64,000 nucleotides of DNA, from positions 14,423-78,422 of the forward strand of contig CABYAF010000003.1 of NCBI GenBank assembly GCA_902516925.1, in the 5' to 3' direction. Below are positions 20,316-29,690 of the stretch, one piece after another. The notes beneath the pieces were generated by a model, which worked only from the letters and a program-made list of their open reading frames with translations, was not told where the DNA came from and searched no databases. This DNA is from an uncultured Bacteroidota bacterium. Lineage in GTDB: Bacteria; Bacteroidota; Bacteroidia; Flavobacteriales; Flavobacteriaceae. Every line of letters begins with the position of its first letter. The stretch's first letter is position 1. The translations under genes and the position numbers were made by a program.

Positions 20316-21644
20316 CTATAAATTTCTTACTGCATCTTTAAATTGATTACCTCTGTCCTCATAATTTTCAAACAAATCATAACTTGCACATGCAGGGGAT
20401 AAAAGAACATTATCTTTTTTAACTGCAATTTTATTTGCAACTTTTACTGCTTCAGTAATTGACTCAGTCTCAACTATAATTTCAATTACAGGCTTAAAAG
20501 TTTCCATAATTTTATTATTATCAATTCCAAGACAAATAATTGCTTTAACCTTCTCCCTAACAATTGGAAGTAAATCTGAATAATCATTTCCTTTATCTAC
20601 TCCACCAGCAATCCAAATTGTAGGAGATTGCATTGAATCAAGCGCATAATATGCTGCATTAACATTTGTAGCTTTTGAATCGTTTATATAATTGACTCCT
20701 TGTATTTTCAAAAATTTCTCAAGTCGATGAGGAAGACCAGAAAAAGTCAAGAAGCTTTCTCTAATTATATCATTGTCTATTTTTAGTAAATCGGAGACTG
20801 TAATTGCAGCCATTGCATTGAGAAGGTTATGCCTTCCTTTAAGCGCAAATTCGTCGGTATTTATCATAATAGTTTTTTTTTTGTTAGAAAGAATATTTTT
20901 ATCTACTGTTATTTGATTTTGTTTGTTAGTATTAATTCCTATTGGAATTTTATTTACTTTTAATTTGTTTACTCTTAGTGCTTCTAATAAAATTTTGTCA
21001 TCTGAGTTATATATTAAATAGTCAGATGACTTTTGGTTTTTTGCAATTTTCATTTTTGCATCAACATACTTATCAAAGTCATTTTCATATCTATCCAAAT
21101 GATCTTCTATAATATTTGTAATAACAGAAATATTAGGTCTAAATTTTTTGATGTCATCAAGTTGGAAACTGCTAATCTCAAGTACATAGATATCCTTGTC
21201 ACCAGATAAGAGCATTTTAGAAAAGCTATCACCAATATTACCTGCGAGACCTACATCTAACCCTGCTCTTTTAAGTATGTGGTAGATAAGCTTTGTGGTA
21301 GTAGTTTTTCCATTAGTTCCAGTAATACATATCTTGAATGAATTTGAATAACTACTTGCAAATTCAATTTCAGATACTATTGGTATTCCAGATAACCTAA
21401 TTTTTGAAATTATTTCAGACGAATTCGATATACCCGGACTTTTAATTACAAAATCTGAAAACTTAATTTTATCAAAAGAGTGATTTTCTTCTTCAAACAT
21501 TATAGAATTCCTAATCATTTCTAATTTTCTATCTTCATTTATTTTATTTGAATCTGAAACAAAGACATTTAAACCCTTCTGACGAGCTAACATAGCAGCT
21601 CCAAATCCACTTTCACCCGCACCAAGTATTGTTATACTTTTCAT
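20316..21644 (-). CDS. murD: UDP-N-acetylmuramoylalanine--D-glutamate ligase
   Basis: N-terminal Rossmann motif ILGAGESG. P-loop [10 protein letters not shown]. dcw position. Confidence 0.9.
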   Translation of the reverse strand: MKSITILGAGESGFGAAMLARQKGLNVFVSDSNKINEDRKLEMIRNSIMFEEENHSFDKIKFSDFVIKSPGISNSSEIISKIRLSGIPIVSEIEFASSYSNSFKICITGTNGKTTTTKLIYHILKRAGLDVGLAGNIGDSFSKMLLSGDKDIYVLEISSFQLDDIKKFRPNISVITNIIEDHLDRYENDFDKYVDAKMKIAKNQKSSDYLIYNSDDKILLEALRVNKLKVNKIPIGINTNKQNQITVDKNILSNKKKTIMINTDEFALKGRHNLLNAMAAITVSDLLKIDNDIIRESFLTFSGLPHRLEKFLKIQGVNYINDSKATNVNAAYYALDSMQSPTIWIAGGVDKGNDYSDLLPIVREKVKAIICLGIDNNKIMETFKPVIEIIVETESITEAVKVANKIAVKKDNVLLSPACASYDLFENYEDRGNQFKDAVRNL

Positions 21645-22859
21645 CTATCTAATTTTAAGTGTTAGTATTGTTATAACGGCTAAAAAAATTCCTATAATCC
21701 ATAGTCTTGAAACTATTTTACTTTCATGATAACCAGCTTTTTGAAAATGGTGATGGATCGGAGACATTAAGAAAATACGCTTTCCGACTCCATTCTTTTT
21801 TTTAGTTAATTTGAAATAACTAACTTGGATAATTACAGAAAGAGCTTCTAGGAGGAACACTCCACATAGAATTGGAATTAATAATTCTTTTCTAATAAGT
21901 ATTGAAATTACCGCAATTAAGCCGCCAACAGTTAAACTTCCTGTATCACCCATAAAAACTGAGGCAGGATATGTATTGTACCAAAGAAAACCAACTAATG
22001 AACCTAATAATGCAGCAATGAAAATTGTTATTTCGCCAACTCTTGGGATATACATTATATTCAAATAATCTGAAAAGATTATATTTCCTGATGTCCACGC
22101 AAAGACTCCAAGAGTAAAGACAATTATAGCAGAGAGTCCTGCAGATAGTCCATCTAAACCATCTGTTAGATTATTAGAATTTGAAACTGCAGCTATAATA
22201 AAAATTATAATTGGGATTATTATAAGCCATAAGTAATTCGATCCTTTACCAAAAATAGCTTTAGATACTTCTCTATAGTCTAACTCATTATTTTTGAAAA
22301 ATGGTATTGTTGTCTTATAAGATTTGACTTCCTCAATTTTAGAGAATTCTATTTTATCAGAATTTAAATTTTTATCAAATTCAACTATAGTTATATTGTT
22401 ATTAGTTAATAGAACCATTCCAACAAAAATTCCTAATAGAGACTGACCTGCTATTTTAAACTTTCCTTGAAGTCCTTTTTTATCTTTTTTAAATACTTTG
22501 ATATAATCATCAATTAAACCAATTAATCCAAGAATTATAGTTGATATAATTAAAATTTGGATATAAATATTTTCAAGATTTGACATCAAAATTACAGGTA
22601 CTAAAGTGCCAATTATAATAATTATACCCCCCATAGTTGGTGTCCCTTGTTTCTTGCCCTCTCCATCTAAACCAAGCTCTCTAACATTTTCACCTACTTG
22701 TTTAATTTTTAAAAAATTAATTATTTTTTTTCCAAAAACTATTGATATCACGAGTGACATTATAACAGTAACCGCAGCTCTAAATGATAAATAACTAAAT
22801 AGACTAGCTCCTGGAAGATTAAATTGACTTTCTAATATTTCAAATAGATAGTATAACAT
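21645..22859 (-). CDS. mraY: Phospho-N-acetylmuramoyl-pentapeptide transferase
   Basis: Motifs [38 protein letters not shown]. Confidence 0.95.
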   Translation of the reverse strand: MLYYLFEILESQFNLPGASLFSYLSFRAAVTVIMSLVISIVFGKKIINFLKIKQVGENVRELGLDGEGKKQGTPTMGGIIIIIGTLVPVILMSNLENIYIQILIISTIILGLIGLIDDYIKVFKKDKKGLQGKFKIAGQSLLGIFVGMVLLTNNNITIVEFDKNLNSDKIEFSKIEEVKSYKTTIPFFKNNELDYREVSKAIFGKGSNYLWLIIIPIIIFIIAAVSNSNNLTDGLDGLSAGLSAIIVFTLGVFAWTSGNIIFSDYLNIMYIPRVGEITIFIAALLGSLVGFLWYNTYPASVFMGDTGSLTVGGLIAVISILIRKELLIPILCGVFLLEALSVIIQVSYFKLTKKKNGVGKRIFLMSPIHHHFQKAGYHESKIVSRLWIIGIFLAVITILTLKIR

Positions 22860-22861
22860 AT

Positions 22862-24322
22862 TTATTTATTAAAAATTTCTTTAGCTATTTTGAAATCATC
22901 AAAATAGATTCTCTCCTTATTATTTAACTCTTGATAATCTTCATGACCTTTTCCTGCGATTAAGACTATATCACCTTTTAAACTATTTTCTTTAGCTTGT
23001 TTTATTGCTTTTTTTCTTTCAACCTCAATTAAAACTTTATCATTGTTAAAATTTGAAACCCCTTTTACCATTTCATCAATGATTGATTTTGGATCCTCAG
23101 ATCTAGGATTATCTGATGTAAAAATTACTCTTGAGCTAAGATCAGTGGATATCTTCCCCATTATCGGCCTTTTATCTTTATCTCTATCACCTCCACAACC
23201 TATTACGGTAATTAAATTTTGATTTGATTTTTTAATATTATTTATAGTTGATATAACATTTTCAATTGCATCAGGAGTATGAGCATAATCAATTATAACT
23301 GTTACTTCATCTATTGAAAGAAAGGACTGCAGCCTTCCAACTACACTTTCCAGATTACTAATACCAGTTAACAAATTAATTTTATCAAGATTATATAGCC
23401 TCCCAACAGAATAAATAGCAAGAATATTAGAGGCATTGAATTTACCAATTAGCTTGGTCCATATCTCACTATTATCAATACTTAATAGCATTCCGTCTAG
23501 TTGTTGCTCAATAATTCTACAAGAAAAATTTGACTTTGATTTTAATGAATAAGTGTAAATGTTAGCTTTAGTATTTTGAACCATATAGTCAGCATTCCTA
23601 TCATCTCTATTAATTATTGCAAATGAATTTTTGCTAAGAGAATCAAAAACAATTTTTTTAGTATCTCTATAGTCTTTAAATGATTTATGATAGTCAATAT
23701 GGTCATGTGTAAGATTAGTAAAAACCATACCTTTAAATTTTATCCCCTGAACTCTCTTCTGAAAAATTCCATGAGATGAAACTTCAATAAAACAAACCTT
23801 AATTTTTCTTTTTATCATTTCAGATAAATGAAAATTTATTGTTATTGGATCAGGAGTAGTATTATTGGAATTTTCAATAAACTCTCCATACTTTATATTA
23901 ATTGTTGATATTAAACCAGATTTAACTTTTAATTCATCAAATAAATTATTTAACAATGAGGAAATTGTTGTCTTTCCATTCGTCCCTGTTATACCAATTA
24001 AATCAATTTTTGTAGATGGGTTCTCAAAGAAATTTGAAGCAATAATCGAAAGTGCAGTTTTAGAACATGAAACACATATAAAGACAATATTATTTTCTTT
24101 AAAATTAGCAGGTAGATTCTCACATACAACTACTGAAGCTCCATTTTTAACAGATTGACTAATATAATCATGGCCGTCATAATTATGTCCTGATATTGCA
24201 ACAAAGAGTGAACTATTTTTAACCTCTCTAGAATCAAAAGTAATTTTAGAAACATTTATTTCAGTATTCCCATATACTGAATCAATATTTACTTTAAATA
24301 ATATTTCTTTTAATTTTTTCAA
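22862..24322 (-). CDS. murE: UDP-N-acetylmuramoyl-L-alanyl-D-glutamate--2,6-diaminopimelate ligase
   Basis: P-loop GTNGKTT and the meso-DAP-type motif DNPRSEDP. dcw position. Confidence 0.9.
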   Translation of the reverse strand: MKKLKEILFKVNIDSVYGNTEINVSKITFDSREVKNSSLFVAISGHNYDGHDYISQSVKNGASVVVCENLPANFKENNIVFICVSCSKTALSIIASNFFENPSTKIDLIGITGTNGKTTISSLLNNLFDELKVKSGLISTINIKYGEFIENSNNTTPDPITINFHLSEMIKRKIKVCFIEVSSHGIFQKRVQGIKFKGMVFTNLTHDHIDYHKSFKDYRDTKKIVFDSLSKNSFAIINRDDRNADYMVQNTKANIYTYSLKSKSNFSCRIIEQQLDGMLLSIDNSEIWTKLIGKFNASNILAIYSVGRLYNLDKINLLTGISNLESVVGRLQSFLSIDEVTVIIDYAHTPDAIENVISTINNIKKSNQNLITVIGCGGDRDKDKRPIMGKISTDLSSRVIFTSDNPRSEDPKSIIDEMVKGVSNFNNDKVLIEVERKKAIKQAKENSLKGDIVLIAGKGHEDYQELNNKERIYFDDFKIAKEIFNK

Positions 24323-26106
24323 AATAATATATCTGTATTTTTTTTGCTTATATGAATTTCATTTGGAATACCTGTTATAATTTTTTTTGCTACATTTTTA
24401 AAGACAGGAGCAGCTACTGAGTTACCATAATACCCCTTAGATTTTTTTGGCTTATTGACTACTACAATTGCTGAATATTTTGGTTTATCTGAAGGGAAAT
24501 ATCCTACGAAACTAGAAACGTATTGGGTCTCCTCTGAAGTGTAGTCTATTTGACTTGTTCCTGTTTTACCAGCAATTTTAATATTTTCATCATAAATATT
24601 ATTTGCAGTTCCCCAAGGTTTTTCTACTACATTCCTTAACATCATTTTAACTGAGCTTAAGGTCTCCTCTGAACAAATTGATGACATTATTACCTCTCTA
24701 TCAATTCTATAAACAGGTTTTTCACCAAAAGCACCAATACTGCTAATAAAACTAGGTTTAACCATTTCACCATCGTTAGCTACAGCATTATAAAAAGTCA
24801 AAGTTTGTAAAGGTGTCATCATTACTCCGTAACCAAATGCCATCCATGGTAATGAGATTCCATTCCAATTATCATCTTGTGGATGAGGAATTTTAGGTTC
24901 CCCTTCACCTTTTATATCAATATTAATTTTTTGATTAACTTTCATATTTATCAACCTATTGACAAGTCTTTCAGGATTATCCTTGTAATTATCATATATA
25001 AGCTTAACCATCCCTGTATTTGAGGAAACTTCAAATGCTTTCGATATTGGAATTTTTCCATACCCCCTTCTATTAGAATCTTTTACTTCGTATTTATTAT
25101 AAAATTTCAATATTCCATTACCAGTATCAACTGAATCAGTAGGACTTACAACGCCATCCTCTAAAGCTGCAATTAATGTCATTAGCTTAAATGTTGATCC
25201 AGGCTCTTGAGTCTCCCATATACCATAATTAATTTTTTCAAAATATTTTCCTTCTTCTGTTCTTGCTAAGTTTGATATACCTTTAATCTTTCCAGAGTTA
25301 GTTTCCATAATAATCATAGTCCCATGATCAGCTTCAAATCTTTCTAATTGAGATAATAATTCGTGATGAACAATATCTTGAATTTGAGTATCTATAGTTG
25401 TATGTACATCATATCCCTGAATAGGTTCTCTTTCAAAATTTGGAGTCATTGGTTTCCATTGTCCATCTGCTATTTTTTGCATTAGTCTTAAACCACTTTT
25501 ACCAGATAGATATTCCGTATATGCACCCTCTAGACCGACCCTTAAATATTTTCCATCTTGATCAACTTTTTCATATCCTATAGTCCTCTCTGCAATCTTA
25601 CCTAGGTGGTTCTGTCTTTTGTGACTTTCATTAATTATTAAACCCCCTTTATAAAGACCTTTATTGAAAATTGGAAAAGATTTAATTTTTTCTACTTCAG
25701 TTATAGATAGATTTTTTCCGATTAATAGATATCTATTATTCTTATCTCTTGCGTTATTAAGATATTTTTTAAAGTGATTCTGATCTTGTCCAAAAAAATT
25801 AGATAATTTCTCTACAAGAGGAATAATATTTTTTTTGTAGATTGATTCTGAGGGAATCTTTGAATCCCATCTCAATTCATATTTTACTACTGTCGATACT
25901 AATAGATCTCCATTATCTGAGTAAATATTGCCTCTAGGTGATTCAACCTCAATATTTTTAACTGCCTCAATGGAATTCCTTATGTTATCATCAATTTCAA
26001 AATTCTGTAAATAAAATATTTTTCCAATCAAAAAAAATGAACACAATAGAAATAAAAAGAACATTATGTTCATTCTATTTACAATTCTATTGTTTGATTT
26101 CCTCAT
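24319..26106 (-). CDS. ftsI: Class B penicillin-binding protein (FtsI/PBP3-like transpeptidase)
   Basis: N-terminal TM segment. Transpeptidase motifs STFK, SSN, KTGT. dcw position. Confidence 0.9.
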   Translation of the reverse strand: MRKSNNRIVNRMNIMFFLFLLCSFFLIGKIFYLQNFEIDDNIRNSIEAVKNIEVESPRGNIYSDNGDLLVSTVVKYELRWDSKIPSESIYKKNIIPLVEKLSNFFGQDQNHFKKYLNNARDKNNRYLLIGKNLSITEVEKIKSFPIFNKGLYKGGLIINESHKRQNHLGKIAERTIGYEKVDQDGKYLRVGLEGAYTEYLSGKSGLRLMQKIADGQWKPMTPNFEREPIQGYDVHTTIDTQIQDIVHHELLSQLERFEADHGTMIIMETNSGKIKGISNLARTEEGKYFEKINYGIWETQEPGSTFKLMTLIAALEDGVVSPTDSVDTGNGILKFYNKYEVKDSNRRGYGKIPISKAFEVSSNTGMVKLIYDNYKDNPERLVNRLINMKVNQKINIDIKGEGEPKIPHPQDDNWNGISLPWMAFGYGVMMTPLQTLTFYNAVANDGEMVKPSFISSIGAFGEKPVYRIDREVIMSSICSEETLSSVKMMLRNVVEKPWGTANNIYDENIKIAGKTGTSQIDYTSEETQYVSSFVGYFPSDKPKYSAIVVVNKPKKSKGYYGNSVAAPVFKNVAKKIITGIPNEIHISKKNTDILF

Positions 26107-26107
26107 T

Positions 26108-26416
26108 TTAATTAGTGATTATAATTTTTATAGGTGGATAGTTAGAGATCTTAAATCCGTTATCTTTCAATTTCGATGTTACTTTAGATTGCATCTTTAT
26201 GTTCATTAAATCAACTTTAGTTGATACTGAAATACTATTCAAAGTATTAACCTCTTTATTAAGTTTTGTTATTAAGAATATTTTCTGATCGGCACTATGA
26301 CTACTATATATAGATGTCATTAATAAGAATGAAATAAATAGTAACATTATCCAGTTTTTAGATGAATCTTTGCCAGCTAAGAAATCAATATTTAAAAATG
26401 ATAGAAAGTTTTTCAT
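26108..26416 (-). CDS. FtsL-like small bitopic membrane protein
   Basis: 102 aa with one TM segment (WIMLLFISFLLMTSIY). Lies between rsmH and ftsI, where ftsL sits. The call rests on position only. Confidence 0.5.
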   Translation of the reverse strand: MKNFLSFLNIDFLAGKDSSKNWIMLLFISFLLMTSIYSSHSADQKIFLITKLNKEVNTLNSISVSTKVDLMNIKMQSKVTSKLKDNGFKISNYPPIKIIITN

Positions 26417-27309
26417 ATTTTTTCAGCAATTCTAAGCTTAGCACTTCTTGATCTATTATTTAATTTAATTTCTTGATTTGATGGTGTAATCATTTTCCCT
26501 ACTTTTTTAAAAATGATATTCTTGTGTCCATATATATCAGAGTTAACTTCATCATTTGAACCACCATTCTGAATAAATTTTTTTACAATCCGATCCTCTA
26601 ATGAATGATAAGAGATACAAACTAGTCTACCGCCTTTTTTAATATATTTTGATGAATCACTTAATAAAGTTCTTATTACTTCCAACTCATCATTGACCTC
26701 AATTCTTATGGACTGAAAAACTTGTGCTAAAAACTTATTCTCATCTTTTACTTTCACTAAAGGAGCTAATATTTTTTTTAGATCTCCTGTTGTCTCAATA
26801 GATTTCTTTACTCTTTCAGAAATTATTTTTTCGGTTACCTTTTTGTAATTTCTTAATTCACCAAAATTTTTAAATATGTATTCTAGTTGATCTTTATCAT
26901 AATCATTAACAATAATTTTAGCATCAATTTTTTGAATACTGTTCATTCTCATATCAAGCTCAGAATTAAACCTAGTTGAAAACCCTCTGTTCTTATTATC
27001 TATTTGATGAGATGATATTCCAAAGTCTGCTAAGAGTCCATCAATTTCTTTTATTTTAAAATAGTTTAAGAAGTTATTTAAATACTTGAAGTTTGACTTA
27101 ACCAAATTTAATCTAGTATCATTTGTTTTGTTTTCAATAGCATCTTGATCTTGATCAAAGGCAATTAATTTTCCACTTGAATTAAGATTTTTTAATATTT
27201 CCTGTGAATGACCTCCACCTCCATAAGTTACATCAACATAGATTCCACTTGGGTTAATATTTAAACCAGAAATTGATTCATTAAGTAGAACTGGGTTATG
27301 ATACATCAT
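26413..27309 (-). CDS. rsmH: 16S rRNA (cytosine1402-N4)-methyltransferase
   Basis: Motifs HNPVLL, DVTYGGGGHS, DFGISSHQID, ISYHSLEDR, NRSRSAKLR. Confidence 0.9.
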   Translation of the reverse strand: MMYHNPVLLNESISGLNINPSGIYVDVTYGGGGHSQEILKNLNSSGKLIAFDQDQDAIENKTNDTRLNLVKSNFKYLNNFLNYFKIKEIDGLLADFGISSHQIDNKNRGFSTRFNSELDMRMNSIQKIDAKIIVNDYDKDQLEYIFKNFGELRNYKKVTEKIISERVKKSIETTGDLKKILAPLVKVKDENKFLAQVFQSIRIEVNDELEVIRTLLSDSSKYIKKGGRLVCISYHSLEDRIVKKFIQNGGSNDEVNSDIYGHKNIIFKKVGKMITPSNQEIKLNNRSRSAKLRIAEKI

Positions 27310-27763
27310 TATCTGTTTTATCCCCCATCACATCTTCTGCAAGATTTCCAAAGTCACCTTTTGCATCATCTATAGCACTTTCATAAAGTCCTTTATCCCA
27401 AATTTCAAGAATATTAACAGCTGAGGAGACAACTATATCTTTAGAAATTTTGGCATGATTTATTAAATCTTTTGGAATCAATATTCTTCCAGAAATATCA
27501 ATATCAATTTGTCTAACTCCTGCTGTAAACCTTCTAATAAAATCAATATTTTTTTTATTGAATCTGTTTAATTTATTTATTCTGAGCATTAATTCGTCCC
27601 ACTCTTTTAAAGGGTACAATTCTAAACAAGAATTAAAAACAGCTCTTTTAATAACAAATCCATTTTTCAACTTATCAGATAATTGTTTTTTTAGAGAAAC
27701 TGGAAGCATGATTCTTCCTTTTTCATCTGCTTTACATTCATATGTTCCTATAAAGTGTTGCAT
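27296..27763 (-). CDS. mraZ: Transcriptional regulator MraZ
   Basis: Duplicated SpoVT/AbrB-like halves (FIGTYECKADEKGRIMLPVSLKKQL and DISGRILIPKDL). I place the start at Met18 of the tracked ORF (ATG 27761-27763), because the longer N-terminus would run across the -7 box and the MraZ repeats. Confidence 0.9.
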   Translation of the reverse strand: MQHFIGTYECKADEKGRIMLPVSLKKQLSDKLKNGFVIKRAVFNSCLELYPLKEWDELMLRINKLNRFNKKNIDFIRRFTAGVRQIDIDISGRILIPKDLINHAKISKDIVVSSAVNILEIWDKGLYESAIDDAKGDFGNLAEDVMGDKTDNDVS

Positions 27764-27781
27764 TAAAATGGTTGCTTTACT

Positions 27782-27789
27782 CAAATATA
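27782..27789 (-). promoter_or_regulatory. -7 box (TATATTTG) of the dcw/mraZ promoter
   Basis: The reverse complement of caaatata gives an exact TAnnTTTG, 18 nt upstream of the mraZ ATG. Confidence 0.5.
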
Positions 27790-27796
27790 AAATATA

Positions 27797-27824
27797 TTTA
27801 CCACTTTTTACCACATTTTACCAC
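27797..27824 (-). promoter_or_regulatory. Putative MraZ operator: three direct GTGGTAAA repeats at 10-bp phasing
   Basis: The plus strand reads TTTACCAC at 27797-27804, 27807-27814 and 27817-27824, which is GTGGTAAA x3 in the mraZ orientation. The repeats lie immediately upstream of the -7 box. Confidence 0.7.
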
Positions 27825-27909
27825 TTTGTTAATAAATTATTTTTTTTGGTTTTATCGACTTGATTAACAGTGAATTAAGATGTAAAAAAAATAGGTTATT
27901 CTTTATGCA

Positions 27910-27917
27910 TATATTTG
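27910..27917 (+). promoter_or_regulatory. -7 box (TATATTTG) upstream of the alpha/beta hydrolase gene
   Basis: Exact TAnnTTTG match, 17 nt upstream of the ATG at 27935, divergent from the mraZ promoter. Confidence 0.4.
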
Positions 27918-27934
27918 TGCTAAATACAAGGATT

Positions 27935-28702
27935 ATGCAAGAAAGTTTAATTAAAGAAGGAGGATTTGCATACATTGAAAAAGGTGAAGGCAGACCAATA
28001 ATTATTCTTCACGGACTTATGGGTGGTCTTAGCAATTTTCAAGGTGTTTTTGAACACTTTCCTACAAAAAATTATAAAATCATTATACCGGAGCTTCCAG
28101 TCGACTCAACTCCAATTCTTAAAACAAATGTTACTACATTTTCAAAATTTGTTTTTGATTTTATTGAATTTAAAAAACTTAAAGATGTAGTTCTTTTAGG
28201 AAATTCTCTTGGAGGTCATGTTGGCCTTTTATTTACTAGAGATTATCCTGATTTAGTGAGTGGATTAATTATTACAGGAAGCTCAGGACTATATGAGAAA
28301 TCGATGATTGGTGATGGGTACCCTAAAAGAGGTAATTATGAATACATTAAGACTAAAACAGAAGAAGTGTTCTATGATCCAAAAATTGCTACTAAAGAAA
28401 TAGTTGATGAGGTCTTTGAGAGTGTAAATGATAGAGAAAAATTAATAAGAACTTTATCTCTCGCTAAAAGTGCAATAAGACATAATATGGCAGATGATCT
28501 TCCAAAGATGATCACAAAGACTTTAATTATTTGGGGTAAAGATGATTTTGTTACACCGCCAAATGTTGCAGAAGACTTTCATTCTCTTCTTCCTAATTCT
28601 GATCTAGTGTGGATTGATAAATGCGGACATGCTCCAATGATGGAACATCCAGTTCATTTTAATAAATTAATGGAAAAGTGGCTTTTGGACAATAGATTAT
28701 AG
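27935..28702 (+). CDS. Alpha/beta-fold hydrolase
   Basis: Oxyanion region ILHGLMGG, nucleophile elbow GNSLGGH, C-terminal CGHAPMMEHP. I place the start at Met26 of the tracked ORF because the -7 box lies inside the longer version. Confidence 0.75.
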   Translation: MQESLIKEGGFAYIEKGEGRPIIILHGLMGGLSNFQGVFEHFPTKNYKIIIPELPVDSTPILKTNVTTFSKFVFDFIEFKKLKDVVLLGNSLGGHVGLLFTRDYPDLVSGLIITGSSGLYEKSMIGDGYPKRGNYEYIKTKTEEVFYDPKIATKEIVDEVFESVNDREKLIRTLSLAKSAIRHNMADDLPKMITKTLIIWGKDDFVTPPNVAEDFHSLLPNSDLVWIDKCGHAPMMEHPVHFNKLMEKWLLDNRL

Positions 28703-28713
28703 TCAATTTGATT

Positions 28714-29316
28714 ATGAAAGTAATTAATTCAGTTTTTGAGAAAAGCAGTAAGACAATTGACCAGTGTCCTGAAAGTAAACTACCAGAATATGCCCTTGTT
28801 GGAAGATCTAATGTTGGCAAATCATCACTTATAAATTCCCTTTTAAATAATAAAAAAATTGCAAAAATATCATCAACGCCAGGAAAAACAATTTTAATAA
28901 ATCATTTTAAAATAAATAATAATTTTTACTTAGTAGATCTACCAGGCTACGGATACGCAACTCTTTCTAAGAAAATCAAAGAGAACATAATAGAGACTCA
29001 TAAGACTTATTTCAAATTAAGAAAACAACTTTTATATACTTTTTTACTAATTGATATTAGGCATGACTTACAAAAGATTGACATTGAATTCATGAAATTT
29101 TTAAATGATAATTCATGTCCATTTGTTATAATTTTTACAAAATCAGATAAATTAAAATCTGGCCAGATTGATAGTCAAATTAACAATTTAAAAAACCAGC
29201 TTTCTGTATACTGGGATGAACTTCCAGGAATATATATCACATCATCTAAAAACAAATATGGAATTGATAAAATTTTCAATTTTATAAAGGATTCAATAAA
29301 AGAATATCAAGTCTAA
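28714..29316 (+). CDS. engB: Ribosome biogenesis GTPase YihA/EngB
   Basis: G1 GRSNVGKSSLIN, G3 DLPGYGYA, G4 TKSDK. The ATG at 28714 is preferred over the TTG at 28708. Confidence 0.9.
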   Translation: MKVINSVFEKSSKTIDQCPESKLPEYALVGRSNVGKSSLINSLLNNKKIAKISSTPGKTILINHFKINNNFYLVDLPGYGYATLSKKIKENIIETHKTYFKLRKQLLYTFLLIDIRHDLQKIDIEFMKFLNDNSCPFVIIFTKSDKLKSGQIDSQINNLKNQLSVYWDELPGIYITSSKNKYGIDKIFNFIKDSIKEYQV

Positions 29317-29639
29317 TTTTTTTCAGAAACTCTTTTTTCAAATTCAATGCAAAAGTCATCAACTAGGTTGACAAGATTTGTATCTCCAGTAGCTTTTGAA
29401 ATTGAATTTTTCATAGAGACAAAAGTCTGTAACATAAAAGATTTCATTTCATCAATTGGCATTTCTTTAGTCCATAAATCCATCTTTAAAGTTTCTTTTT
29501 TTGTACTATCCCAGAAAGAGAGAAGTATAGCTTTAGACTGCTCGTCTTTCATTCCCCCATCAGGAGCAGACCAGAAAATTTTTTCAGGAATATTATTAGA
29601 ATCTAACCTAACTTTAATTGTTATTTCTGTTTCTTTCAT
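29313..29639 (-). CDS. gldC: Gliding-motility-associated protein GldC-like
   Basis: 108 aa with the pattern I.V.LD..N.PEKI.WSA.DGG...E.KA.LLS.WD...KE.L..DLWTK.MP.DEMK.F..QT, recalled from Flavobacterium GldC. Recognised from memory, not searched. Confidence 0.7.
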   Translation of the reverse strand: MKETEITIKVRLDSNNIPEKIFWSAPDGGMKDEQSKAILLSFWDSTKKETLKMDLWTKEMPIDEMKSFMLQTFVSMKNSISKATGDTNLVNLVDDFCIEFEKRVSEKN

Positions 29640-29656
29640 TTAATTTTAATATGTAC

Positions 29657-29664
29657 TAGATTTG
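29657..29664 (+). promoter_or_regulatory. -7 box (TAGATTTG) upstream of nadE
   Basis: Exact TAnnTTTG match, 26 nt upstream of the ATG at 29691. Confidence 0.4.
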
Positions 29665-29666
29665 CA

Positions 29667-29674
29667 CAAATATA
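29667..29674 (-). promoter_or_regulatory. -7 box (TATATTTG) upstream of gldC
   Basis: The reverse complement of caaatata gives an exact TAnnTTTG, 27 nt upstream of the gldC ATG (29639). It is interleaved with the nadE box. Confidence 0.4.
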
Positions 29675-29690
29675 TAATTAAATATTATTT

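Noticed and set aside
27764-27814. 17-codon N-terminal extension of mraZ in the ORF track
   Set aside because: It would be translated across the -7 box and part of the GTGGTAAA repeat array. The conserved MraZ N-terminus (MQHFIGTYE...) begins at Met18.
27860-27934. 25-codon N-terminal extension of the alpha/beta hydrolase ORF
   Set aside because: It contains a TATATTTG -7 box at 27910-27917 and lies in the divergent promoter region. The hydrolase fold begins right after Met26.
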